From positions 1-28,885 of IMG/VR virus record IMGVR_UViG_3300042318_000924: DNA of 28,885 nucleotides; one strand, 5' to 3'. The position numbers and the translations under genes were made by a program. This DNA comes from a virus. Lineage: Duplodnaviria; Caudoviricetes. The notes below the pieces were generated by a model. The model had not been told where the DNA came from. It was given only the letters and a program-made list of their open reading frames with translations, and did not search any database. Shown one piece after another: positions 1-8,606 of the stretch (position 1 is the stretch's first letter; every line of letters begins with the position of its first letter).

Positions 1-1
1 A

Positions 2-1642
2 TCAACAGGAACCAGTGGCAGCAGCGGTGCTGCGGGTGCAAACGGTTCAAGTGGAACCAGTGGTGCTGCGGGTGCAAACGGTTCAAGCGGATCAACAGGA
101 ACCAGTGGCAGCAGCGGTGCTGCGGGTGCAAACGGTTCAAGTGGAACCAGCGGTGCTGCGGGTGCAAACGGTTCAAGTGGAACCAGTGGCAGCAGCGGAA
201 GCAGGGGCTCAAGCGGAACAAGCGGTGCCAACGGAGCCAACGGAGCCAACGGTTCAAGTGGAACCAGCGGTGCTACTGGCGCAAACGGTTCAAGCGGAAC
301 AAGCGGTGCAAACGGTGCCAACGGAGCCAACGGTTCAAGTGGAACCAGCGGTGCTGCGGGTGGAACTGGTTCAAGCGGAACAAGCGGTAGCAGTGGCACA
401 AGCGGTGCTGCGGGTGCAACCGGTTCAAGCGGAACAAGCGGCAGCAGCGGAAGCAGAGGTTCAAGTGGAACAAGCGGTGCCAACGGAGCCAACGGTTCAA
501 GCGGAACAAGCGGTGCCAACGGTGCCAACGGTGCCAACGGTGCAAACGGCAGCAGCGGAACCAGCGGTGCCAATGGTGCCAACGGAGCCAACGGTTCAAG
601 TGGAACCAGCGGTGCTACTGGCGCAAACGGTTCAAGCGGAACAAGCGGCAGCAGCGGAAGCAGAGGTTCAAGTGGAACAAGCGGTGCCAACGGAGCCAAC
701 GGTTCAAGTGGAACAAGCGGTGCTACTGGCGCAAACGGTTCAAGCGGAACAAGCGGTAGCAGTGGCACAAGCGGTGCTGCGGGTGCAACCGGTTCAAGCG
801 GAACAAGCGGCAGCAGCGGAAGCAGAGGTTCAAGTGGAACAAGCGGTGCCAACGGAGCCAACGGTTCAAGTGGAACCAGCGGTGCTGCGGGTGGAACCGG
901 TTCAAGCGGAACAAGCGGTAGCAGTGGCACAAGCGGTGCTGCGGGTGCAACCGGTTCAAGCGGAACAAGCGGCAGCAGCGGAAGCAGAGGTTCAAGTGGA
1001 ACAAGCGGTGCCGCAGGCGCAGCTGGTACAAGTGGCACATCAGGTAGCAGTGGTACAAGTGGCGCAGCGGGCAGTCCGGGTGGAAATGGTACATCTGGTA
1101 GTGCTGGCACAAGCGGAGCTGGCACCATATCCGGCGGCACAGCAAATTATGTTGCAAGATTTACTGGAACATCAACACTATCAACTGGTGTAATATATGA
1201 TGATAATACTAATGTGGCAATTGGAAAAAGTACACCAATCAATGCCAAGTTGGATGTGAATGGAAACACCAAAATAACAGGTTCATTGGCTGTGTCTGGT
1301 GACATTACTGCTGTAGGTAATATTACTGCATATTTTTCTGATGATCGTCTTAAAAATAATCTTGGTAATATTCCAGATTCACTAAATAAAGTATTGTCTC
1401 TTAATGGATTTTATTTTGAACCTAATCAAACTGCAATAGATTTTGGTTATATAAAACAAAAAGAAGTGGGTGTATCTGCTCAACAAGTACAAGCAATATT
1501 ACCAGAAATTATTGCAGCTGCTCCAATTGATCCAATATATATGACAGTAAGATATGAAAAACTTATTCCACTACTTATTGAAGCTATCAAAGAACAAAAT
1601 TCTATGATAGTAGATTTGCAGAAAAAAATAAATAGATTATAA
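2..1642 (+). CDS. Tail fibre protein (5'-truncated): ~120 Gly-X-Y triplets followed by a C-terminal peptidase S74 intramolecular chaperone domain
   Basis: Frame +2 is open from base 2 (STGTSGSSGAAGANGSSGTS...) through GTISGGTANYVARFTGTSTLSTGVIYDDNTNVAIG into the track ORF 1214..1642, which is in the same frame. That part has GNITAYFSDDRLK, GVSAQQVQAILPE and VRYEKLIPLLIEAIKE, typical S74 chaperone motifs, with the expected autocleavage site at SD.RLK. Confidence 0.9.
   Translation, partial: STGTSGSSGAAGANGSSGTSGAAGANGSSGSTGTSGSSGAAGANGSSGTSGAAGANGSSGTSGSSGSRGSSGTSGANGANGANGSSGTSGATGANGSSGTSGANGANGANGSSGTSGAAGGTGSSGTSGSSGTSGAAGATGSSGTSGSSGSRGSSGTSGANGANGSSGTSGANGANGANGANGSSGTSGANGANGANGSSGTSGATGANGSSGTSGSSGSRGSSGTSGANGANGSSGTSGATGANGSSGTSGSSGTSGAAGATGSSGTSGSSGSRGSSGTSGANGANGSSGTSGAAGGTGSSGTSGSSGTSGAAGATGSSGTSGSSGSRGSSGTSGAAGAAGTSGTSGSSGTSGAAGSPGGNGTSGSAGTSGAGTISGGTANYVARFTGTSTLSTGVIYDDNTNVAIGKSTPINAKLDVNGNTKITGSLAVSGDITAVGNITAYFSDDRLKNNLGNIPDSLNKVLSLNGFYFEPNQTAIDFGYIKQKEVGVSAQQVQAILPEIIAAAPIDPIYMTVRYEKLIPLLIEAIKEQNSMIVDLQKKINRL
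8..1114 (+). repeat. 9-bp-unit tandem repeat encoding GSS/GTS/GAN/GAA triplets, with higher-order ~110-bp near-exact blocks
   Basis: Recurrent units ggttcaagc, ggaacaagc, ggagccaac and ggtgctgcg. The block ggttcaagcggaacaagcggtagcagtggcacaagc...ggaacaagcggtgcc recurs at about 368, 737 and 899 (offsets are multiples of 9). Confidence 0.95.
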
Positions 1643-1748
1643 AAATAATAGAAAAAATAAATCTATCGTATATATTGTAAATTTACAAATACAAATATAG
1701 TTATATATAAGCAGCAAATATTAGCGGCGTTAAAAAAACAAAAAAATC

Positions 1749-1973
1749 ATGCCAAGCATACCAACAATTTCAGACAATCCACCAACACCAGAACAAATTG
1801 CAGAAGCTCGTGCCAATGCATTAGCTGCCAGTCATCCAGCATCATGGGTATGGGACGAAACTGCCGTCAGCTTTGTGCCACCTGTGGCATGGCCAACTGA
1901 TGGACTGCCTAAGTTATGGGACGAAGCTTCACAATCCTTTATACCATTTCCGGGATTTCCAACAACCAGCTAA
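1749..1973 (+). CDS. Small Pro/Trp-rich tail-fibre-associated protein (74 aa)
   Basis: Duplicated WDE motif (SWVWDE...PPVAWPTDG...LWDE) of a kind seen next to phage fibre genes. A-rich leader, and a TAGTTATA motif at 1698. Confidence 0.7.
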   Translation: MPSIPTISDNPPTPEQIAEARANALAASHPASWVWDETAVSFVPPVAWPTDGLPKLWDEASQSFIPFPGFPTTS

Positions 1974-2034
1974 AAATATATACAACAGCGGTTATATAAC
2001 CAACTTACTGATACTATTAATAATAAGTAAATTT

Positions 2035-2388
2035 ATGAACCCAGAAACAACAATTGAAATTGTTCCGGTCAAAATCCAGACCAGAATTGGGGAATTTTTA
2101 GCAAATAAATTTGAAGTTCGCTATATCAACTATCATCAACTAACTGGCTATCGGATTTTGGCTTTCAGTCTTTGGGTAGATCGTGGAACATCACTCGGTA
2201 TTGAGTTTAGATATACCGTCATACATATCACTACTCAACAAGCTGCCCTCTGGACAACCGACGCAGAATCCTTGGCTGTATTGGCAATTAATGCCGGTTT
2301 TACACCAATAACGGTGACGCCAGTATCAGCGACTCCGATAGTATTGGTGTACACCAGCAGTTTAAATAAGCACGGGGTATACCTGTAG
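2035..2388 (+). CDS. Hypothetical protein, probably fibre-associated (117 aa)
   Basis: ATG at 2035 after an AT-rich leader (MNPETTIEIVPVKIQT...). The track's extension to 1873 overlaps the previous gene. Confidence 0.65.
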   Translation: MNPETTIEIVPVKIQTRIGEFLANKFEVRYINYHQLTGYRILAFSLWVDRGTSLGIEFRYTVIHITTQQAALWTTDAESLAVLAINAGFTPITVTPVSATPIVLVYTSSLNKHGVYL

Positions 2389-2440
2389 TTTAAGTGATAA
2401 ATTCGGGACTCGTTATTAATAACTACCACAATATAATTAT

Positions 2441-3382
2441 ATGGCACTACCAGCATCAGGTCCAATTTCAATGAGTATGGTAAATACCGAATTGGGGTAT
2501 TTAGCAACTGCATCAATCTCATTAAATGATGCAGCAGTAAGAACTTTATTTAATAAATCAAGTGGTGCAATATCTTTGAGTGATGGATATGGAAAAAGTG
2601 CAGGACCAACCGTGGTCACTTTCACAACTGCAGGTTCGACGTTTACAATTCCTTCCGGCGTTTCTGTCGTCAATGTTAAGCTTTATGGAGCGGGTGGGCG
2701 TAATTTCGGTCCTGGTGGCGGGTCGGGGGCTTATATTTCAGGAAGTTTTGCGGTATCCTCCAATGATGTGCTGCACTTCTATAATACAGGAGACAACACG
2801 TCAGTTGCTTCAAGCGTAACATGGAAGCGGGCGGGGGTCGTACAGGGTTATGCTATTGCTGGAGCTGGTGGCGGTGGTGGTGGGGACGGCGATGATGGCG
2901 GAGATAACTGGGTAGACCGATATGGTGGCACTGGTGGCGCGGCTGGTCTCCTTGGTGGCACCGCTGCCAACGGCAGCAGCGCCACCGCGAATTATTCCGA
3001 GTTCGGTTACGGCGGATCACAATCCGCTGTTGGCGCTGGTGGAAGTGGGGCGAACCAAAATGGTAGTCCTGGAACTGCTGGTGGTTCTGGGGGTGCTGGT
3101 GCCGGTGGTAACGGTGGTTCCGAATCAAGTGGCACAAATGCGAACGGCGGCAGCGGTGGTCCTGGTGGCGGGGGCTACTACGGTGGTGGTGGTGGTGGTG
3201 GTGGGCGAGGGCGCGACGACTATCCTGACAGTGGAGATGGAGGTGGCGGTGGTGGTGGCGGCAGTTCCTTCCAAAGCAACATGACTGGTGCAAGCTCGGG
3301 CTACTGCGACGGGTACTCTGATGGCTATCGAGGGACTGCCGGAAATCCGGGTGAACTTGGTAAGGTAGTCATTATATATTGA
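2441..3382 (+). CDS. Glycine-rich tail fibre tip/adhesin-like protein (313 aa)
   Basis: N-terminal MALPASGPISMSMVNTELG...ISLSDGYGKS module, then many poly-Gly motifs (GAGGGGGG, GGGGYYGGGGGG, GGGGGGSSF) ending in GKVVIIY. The architecture recalls T-even gp38-type polyglycine adhesins. Confidence 0.75.
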   Translation: MALPASGPISMSMVNTELGYLATASISLNDAAVRTLFNKSSGAISLSDGYGKSAGPTVVTFTTAGSTFTIPSGVSVVNVKLYGAGGRNFGPGGGSGAYISGSFAVSSNDVLHFYNTGDNTSVASSVTWKRAGVVQGYAIAGAGGGGGGDGDDGGDNWVDRYGGTGGAAGLLGGTAANGSSATANYSEFGYGGSQSAVGAGGSGANQNGSPGTAGGSGGAGAGGNGGSESSGTNANGGSGGPGGGGYYGGGGGGGGRGRDDYPDSGDGGGGGGGGSSFQSNMTGASSGYCDGYSDGYRGTAGNPGELGKVVIIY

Positions 3383-3414
3383 ACAATATTTCGTTAACAC
3401 AGATTCAAATAAAA

Positions 3415-3654
3415 ATGAACAACAATCCAATCAGCCTCATGTTCAATTTGAGTGAGTCTGTATTGAAATCTTTAGAAGGTATGGCAAAAAATGGCGTGCT
3501 TATGGCAACAGAAGAAAAAGCACAATCTCGTATGCAGATATGTTCAACTTGCACTTGTTTTGAAGTAGCATCAGCACGCTGCAAACTTTGTGGCTGCTTT
3601 ATGACCACCAAAGTAAGATTGGATGCCAGCAAGTGTCCAGCCAATAAATGGTAA
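3415..3654 (+). CDS. Small Cys-rich metal-binding protein (DUF6171-like pattern, 79 aa)
   Basis: R-x2-IC-x2-C...C-x2-CGCF-x3-K...CP-x2-KW. ATG at 3415 follows an A-rich leader. Confidence 0.75.
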   Translation: MNNNPISLMFNLSESVLKSLEGMAKNGVLMATEEKAQSRMQICSTCTCFEVASARCKLCGCFMTTKVRLDASKCPANKW

Positions 3655-3731
3655 ATTTTTAGTTATTATATATATTGTTTGAGTATATATATCCATATAT
3701 ATGAATGAATCATTAAACGTTATAAAACTAT

Positions 3732-4019
3732 ATGGAACTAAATCAACCTGCTCAAAATACGGCCAATAGCCCAACTAAATTCAACGAAGCTGAAATAACA
3801 GAACTTTCTGCTATTCGTCAAGGTTATGAAGAAACCACATTGGCTCTTGGTCAATTGGAACTTCAAAAGCGTGAAGTCAAAAAGAATGAAGGTAGAATTG
3901 AACAAAAAATCACTGCTATTGAAAATCAAGAAAAAGTATTTCTAGACAAAATTGTTGCCAAATATGGTGAAGGAACATTTGATATAAACACCGGTATTTT
4001 CTCTCCTAAAGTAAGTTAA
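3732..4019 (+). CDS. Small coiled-coil protein upstream of the sheath (95 aa)
   Basis: Heptad-rich helix (LGQLELQKREVKK...) and C-terminal KYGEGTFDINTGIF. Clean ORF between AT-rich spacers. Confidence 0.8.
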   Translation: MELNQPAQNTANSPTKFNEAEITELSAIRQGYEETTLALGQLELQKREVKKNEGRIEQKITAIENQEKVFLDKIVAKYGEGTFDINTGIFSPKVS

Positions 4020-4073
4020 TTAATTATTTGATTATAGAAGTAGATATTTTTTATGTTTTGAGTTTTTCTAACA

Positions 4074-4081
4074 TACTTATA
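4074..4081 (+). promoter_or_regulatory. Putative late promoter motif TACTTATA upstream of the sheath gene
   Basis: Variant of the TATTTATA motif found before several structural genes. AGGAG SD follows at about 4107. Confidence 0.45.
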
Positions 4082-4121
4082 TATAGACTTTTTATCCACA
4101 TTTAACAGGAGAAAATAACAT

Positions 4122-7100
4122 ATGGCAATAGAACAAAATGCAAAGTATAGCCCTTCAGAACGTATCGTTTCACCAGGTGTATTCACTCGTGAAATTGACC
4201 AATCGTTTCTGGCACAGGGTGTAGCAGCAATCGGAGGAGTAGTCGTTGCTCCCTTTAAAAAGGGACCAGGATTTTCGCCAACGGTAATAACCAGTGAGGG
4301 TGACTTAACAAGCATCTTCGGTGATCCTGATGGTACACTATATGGTCCAATTACCGCACAACAATACTTGCGTCAGCAAGGTCAAGTCACAGTCTGCCGC
4401 GTCGGTGGATTGGGTGGCTATGAACAAAAAGATGCTCTGGTCATCAGTGCAATTCCGGGTCAATACGCACGCTTTGTTGAGAGCGGTTCGTTCAGTGGGT
4501 ATTTGCTTGATGGTTCGTGGGTATACTCCGGAGTAGCTGGACAATTCGTAATTTCAGGTTCTTTGAGTCTGGAATTTTCCTCTGGTATCTATTCCGGTTC
4601 TACAGTGGTTGTTGGAGATGTTGCTTTTACTACAGTATCTAGCAGCACCGTTGCATTGTCAGGCTCCACTCCAGGCGTGTTTGACCAGTTTGTATCTACA
4701 ACAAAACTCAACTTACCTCTAGTTTCGTGGAACATTCCTACTACAGCAACCATTCCAGTCGCATCTATTGTTTCCAATCCAACTAATGCGTGTAATTACA
4801 CTTTGGATATATCGGGTGTTTTGTCCGGTTCTTATGGTTCTATTAATACTAACAGCTGGACCCCAAGTGGAGTTTCCAGTGAAGACGATTGTGGAAGTGC
4901 GTCGGCTGTACCGGTGCGTGACGAAGTTGTTTTGGCTGTTCTGGCCAATACTGCATATGATCGCGGTCAAAACCTATTTGGTTTCAGTGGCTCTGTTTTA
5001 ACGCCAAGTAATGCAACAGTTGTCGGTGCGGATTATAGTCTAGCACTAAACGATGTTCATTTCGATACTGACACAAATCAATATGTCAGCAGTTCTTATG
5101 GAACATACACCTTCTCGTTAGATACAGAATCATCTGCTTATCTAACCAATGTGTTTGGTACCGATCCAATGGCTGGTTATTATCCAGTTTCCGCTGGTCA
5201 AAAGATCGAAGCTGCTTATACATACAAAAACTTCAAGAACAGAACCAAAGAAATTATCAATGAAATGTTGGATTCCGGTAGCTGGAAGATTCAGATTTCT
5301 TCTCGTGATAACATGAAGTTCGCCGATGATAGAACTCCTGATACAAGCACGTCGGACTTTGATCTAACAAATGCATATACTCCATATATTCGCTCGCAAT
5401 TGGTTGCTGGTTTTAATACCACATCTTCACTGGCTTATGATTTGTTCAAGGTTCATACTTTGAGCGACGGTACTTCGGCCAATACTTCATACAAAATTGA
5501 AATCAGCAATGTTCGTTCGGCTGGTTCGATTCCCGGTACAAAATATGGTTCATTCTCGCTAATTCTACGCGACTTCTCCGACACAGATGCAAGGACACAA
5601 ATAATAGAACGATACGACAATCTAAACTTGGATGTCAACAGCAGCAACTATGTTGCTCGTCGTATCGGTGATATTTATAACTACATCGACTTCAACGGCA
5701 AGATTGTTCAATTTGGTGATTATGTCAACAAAAGCAAGTTGATCCGCGTTGAGATGGCAACATCTCCGTGGCCAGTTGGCTCAATTCCATTTGGATTTGG
5801 TCCATATTCCGCACCAATAAGTGGAGATTATGCACGTCTAGGTAAGTTACCAGCAATGCAATATTGCAGTGCGTCTGCTTACCCATTGCAACCGGGTCGT
5901 TATGCATCTGGTATCGTATTCCAACCAGCCCCAGCCCAATCCGATGAAGATCTGCTGGCTCTGTATCCAAACGGAAGTTCGGTTGGTCCAGAACTTGACA
6001 ACAAGCAATATTTTTCTCCAATTCCACTGGGCGCTGAATCCATCAATGAAACTGGTGCAAACGTTGCCTTCGATTTAGAAACAAAATGTGGTATTACTCC
6101 ATTGTATGTCGCTAGCGAAGAAAACTTAAACATCAAAAAACGTCGTTTCATTCTTGGATTCCAAGGTGGGTTTGATGGTCAATCTCCTTCAGTTCCATTG
6201 CTGGTTGGTAATGACATTTTGCCAACCAATCAACAAGGATTGGATTGTTCTACCAACAAAAGTTATGGTTCTTACGCATACAAACAATGTTTGACTGCGT
6301 TGAGCAATGCTGATGAGTTTGACTTTAATCTTATCACGGTTCCTGGTATTGAATATCAAGATCACCCATATGTTGCTTCACTGGTTATTGATACTTGTGA
6401 ACGTCGCGGTGATGCATTCTATATCATGGACATTGCACCAAACCAAATGGCTGGCGATACTTCTATCCAAAATGTGGTAGACCTGGCTGCACAGTTTGAC
6501 ACAAACTATGCTGCCACCTATTATCCTTGGATCAAGATTCAAGACACCAACAGCAATAAGATCATACCAGTTCCACCATCTGTCGTTATGATGAGCGTAT
6601 ATGCCGCCAACGACAATGTGGCAGCTGAATGGTTTGCCCCAGCAGGTCTGAACCGTGGTGGCATTCCACAAGCAGTTCAAGTTGCTGACCGTTTGACACA
6701 CACTGAACGCGATACTCTATACGAGGGTCACGTTAACCCAATCGCTGCATTTCCGGGTCAAGGTGTGGTAGCGTGGGGTCAAAAGACACTACAACGTCAG
6801 GCTTCCGCTCTGGACCGAGTTAATGTACGTCGTCTATTGATTGCACTGAAGAAGTTCATCGCATCTTCTTCTCGCTATCTAGTGTTTGAACAAAACGTAT
6901 CAACAACTCGTCAGCGTTTCTTGAACATCGTTAATCCATATCTAGAAAGCGTACAACAACGTTCTGGTATCTATTCCTTCAAGGTAATCATGGATGACAG
7001 CAACAACACTGCTGATTTGGTTGATAGAAACATCCTTTATGGACAAATCTATATTCAACCAACAAAGACCGCAGAATTCATTGTGCTCGATTTCAATGTA

Positions 7101-7133
7101 CTCCCTTCGGGTGCCGTTTTTCCGGGCGCATAA
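4122..7133 (+). CDS. Contractile tail sheath protein (T4 gp18-like, 1003 aa)
   Basis: N-terminal SPGVFTREIDQS. C-terminal YAATYYPW, WFAPAGLNRG, VNPIAAFPGQGVVAWGQKTLQ, LDRVNVRRLLI and IYIQPTKTAEFIVLDF. Confidence 0.97.
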   Translation: MAIEQNAKYSPSERIVSPGVFTREIDQSFLAQGVAAIGGVVVAPFKKGPGFSPTVITSEGDLTSIFGDPDGTLYGPITAQQYLRQQGQVTVCRVGGLGGYEQKDALVISAIPGQYARFVESGSFSGYLLDGSWVYSGVAGQFVISGSLSLEFSSGIYSGSTVVVGDVAFTTVSSSTVALSGSTPGVFDQFVSTTKLNLPLVSWNIPTTATIPVASIVSNPTNACNYTLDISGVLSGSYGSINTNSWTPSGVSSEDDCGSASAVPVRDEVVLAVLANTAYDRGQNLFGFSGSVLTPSNATVVGADYSLALNDVHFDTDTNQYVSSSYGTYTFSLDTESSAYLTNVFGTDPMAGYYPVSAGQKIEAAYTYKNFKNRTKEIINEMLDSGSWKIQISSRDNMKFADDRTPDTSTSDFDLTNAYTPYIRSQLVAGFNTTSSLAYDLFKVHTLSDGTSANTSYKIEISNVRSAGSIPGTKYGSFSLILRDFSDTDARTQIIERYDNLNLDVNSSNYVARRIGDIYNYIDFNGKIVQFGDYVNKSKLIRVEMATSPWPVGSIPFGFGPYSAPISGDYARLGKLPAMQYCSASAYPLQPGRYASGIVFQPAPAQSDEDLLALYPNGSSVGPELDNKQYFSPIPLGAESINETGANVAFDLETKCGITPLYVASEENLNIKKRRFILGFQGGFDGQSPSVPLLVGNDILPTNQQGLDCSTNKSYGSYAYKQCLTALSNADEFDFNLITVPGIEYQDHPYVASLVIDTCERRGDAFYIMDIAPNQMAGDTSIQNVVDLAAQFDTNYAATYYPWIKIQDTNSNKIIPVPPSVVMMSVYAANDNVAAEWFAPAGLNRGGIPQAVQVADRLTHTERDTLYEGHVNPIAAFPGQGVVAWGQKTLQRQASALDRVNVRRLLIALKKFIASSSRYLVFEQNVSTTRQRFLNIVNPYLESVQQRSGIYSFKVIMDDSNNTADLVDRNILYGQIYIQPTKTAEFIVLDFNVLPSGAVFPGA

Positions 7134-7152
7134 ATCGTAAAAAACTGATTAC

Positions 7153-7184
7153 AAGAAACCCACTTTTTGGTGGGTTTCTTTTTT
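7153..7184 (+). terminator. Rho-independent terminator after the sheath gene
   Basis: AAGAAACCCAC-tttttg-GTGGGTTTCTT, an 11-bp stem followed by a T run. Confidence 0.85.
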
Positions 7185-7235
7185 ATATAGCAGGATTTCA
7201 TCATTTTGCCTACAGGGTCGTATATTTATGTTTAT

Positions 7236-8033
7236 ATGAAAACAAATTATGGAAACCCAGAGTCAATAAATAAAATTTGCGAATGGACTGGTAAATCTTT
7301 CACGGTTGATTGGAAGCACAGAAATAAAAGATTCATAGACACAAAAGCCATGTATGCTTGGAGAAAATCGCAAAATCACGAAATTGTAAATTGCCTAAAT
7401 TGCAATAAACCGTTTGATAGATATAAAAGAATACTACATCCAAGGTCTGGAAAATTGCAGCAATATTGTTCAAATGAATGTAACAGAAGTTCAAAAGAAA
7501 AGAAAGAAAAACTTAAAGTTTGGATAAATGATAATAATCCTATGAACGATCCAATTTCGGTTGAAAAGATATCAAAAACCAAACTGACAAAATACGGAAA
7601 TTATAAATACAACAACTCAGAAAAAGCTGCAAATACTTGTATGAAAAAATACGGAACCGCGTGCTATTTTGATAGCCCTTCTGCTATATTATCAAACGGA
7701 AAACGCATATCAAAGTTTCAAAAACAAACTTATGATCTTGTTTTATTAGAATATCCAGACGCACTGTTGGAAGAATATCTAAAAGATGCAAGATGTTCGG
7801 TGGATATTTATATACCATCGTTAAAAAAAGCAATAGAATGCTACGGTGATTATTGGCATTGCAATCCATCAAAATGTCAGCCGAATTATTATAATAAGTC
7901 GTTGCGTATGACAGCAAAAGAAAAATGGGACAAAGATGCCATTAAAACAAATAAGTTGATGTTGGCCGGTTATGGTGTTGAAATAGTTTGGGAAAACTCA
8001 AAGAAAAAACTCGCTCATTCAACAAAATCATGA
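7236..8033 (+). CDS. Putative free-standing homing endonuclease, Vsr/PD-(D/E)XK-like, with Zn-ribbon and KYG repeats (265 aa)
   Basis: CLNCNKPF...YCSNEC, KTKLTKYG...TCMKKYG, and catalytic-type VDIYIPSLKKAIECYGDYWH...VEIVWE. ATG 7236 is preferred over TTG 7206. Confidence 0.75.
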   Translation: MKTNYGNPESINKICEWTGKSFTVDWKHRNKRFIDTKAMYAWRKSQNHEIVNCLNCNKPFDRYKRILHPRSGKLQQYCSNECNRSSKEKKEKLKVWINDNNPMNDPISVEKISKTKLTKYGNYKYNNSEKAANTCMKKYGTACYFDSPSAILSNGKRISKFQKQTYDLVLLEYPDALLEEYLKDARCSVDIYIPSLKKAIECYGDYWHCNPSKCQPNYYNKSLRMTAKEKWDKDAIKTNKLMLAGYGVEIVWENSKKKLAHSTKS

Positions 8034-8041
8034 TATTTATA
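8034..8041 (+). promoter_or_regulatory. Putative late promoter motif TATTTATA
   Basis: GATATTTATA lies just before ATG 8046. The same word recurs at 14195, 19173 and 22591. Confidence 0.55.
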
Positions 8042-8045
8042 GTAT

Positions 8046-8606
8046 ATGCATATATTGTTAAAAGATCTATTGAAGGAAGAAGAAGAAAAAAGTGCTCTGC
8101 AAGTTCAATTATACTGCGACATGGATGGAGTTTTGGTTGATATGGACGCTGGATTTAAGGAACTTTCAGATGGATTGGCTCCAAAAGAATATGAAGAAAA
8201 GAACGGAAAGAGTTCATTTTGGAAATTAATTGCAAGCAAGCCAAATTTTTGGATTGATTTGAAACCGACTCCAGATGCTAAAATTCTTTGGGATTTTATC
8301 AAAGAGAACTTCAAGAACCCACTGCCGGTTATTTTGAGTGCAGGTCAAGGCAGCAGCATTGTTCAACAAAAAACTGCATGGATTCGCAAGCATATTGATC
8401 CAACTGTGAAAGTTATTATTGCGTCTGCTGGTTCAAAGAAACCGGAATATATTCTAAAAACGACCGGTCGTGTTACTCACGTGTTGCTAGATGATACTCA
8501 AAAGAACATAAATGTTTGGGACAATGTTGCATTGCATCGTATTGCTATTCATCACACCGACGCTTCAAGTAGTATCAAAAAATTACAACCATTTGTGATC
8601 GAATGA
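8046..8606 (+). CDS. HAD-superfamily phosphatase, 5'(3')-deoxyribonucleotidase-like (186 aa)
   Basis: Motif I LYCDMDGVLVD, motif II ILSA, KTAWI, motif IV LLDDTQKNINVW. Confidence 0.88.
   Translation: MHILLKDLLKEEEEKSALQVQLYCDMDGVLVDMDAGFKELSDGLAPKEYEEKNGKSSFWKLIASKPNFWIDLKPTPDAKILWDFIKENFKNPLPVILSAGQGSSIVQQKTAWIRKHIDPTVKVIIASAGSKKPEYILKTTGRVTHVLLDDTQKNINVWDNVALHRIAIHHTDASSSIKKLQPFVIE

Noticed and set aside
8-1114. Possible CRISPR array
   Set aside because: Contiguous 9-bp coding units with no unique spacers, and no cas genes.
15-1193. 392-aa V/Q/A/E-rich ORF and the antisense R/H/L/W-rich ORFs at 273..599 and 723..1157
   Set aside because: Shadow frames of the 9-bp repeat. Only frame +2 joins the S74 domain and gives a sensible Gly-X-Y protein.
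2853-3293. His-rich minus-strand ORF and Val-rich ORF 2922..3284
   Set aside because: By-products of (GGT)n glycine codons in the adhesin gene.
1749-3654. Diversity-generating retroelement acting on the fibre genes
   Set aside because: No reverse transcriptase, and no TR/VR pair differing at adenines was seen in the window.
4450-5300. Intein or intron in the oversized sheath gene
   Set aside because: The ORF is uninterrupted and the extra region is S/T/G/V-rich and beta-like, without intein C/S...HN or LAGLIDADG motifs. More likely an inserted surface domain.
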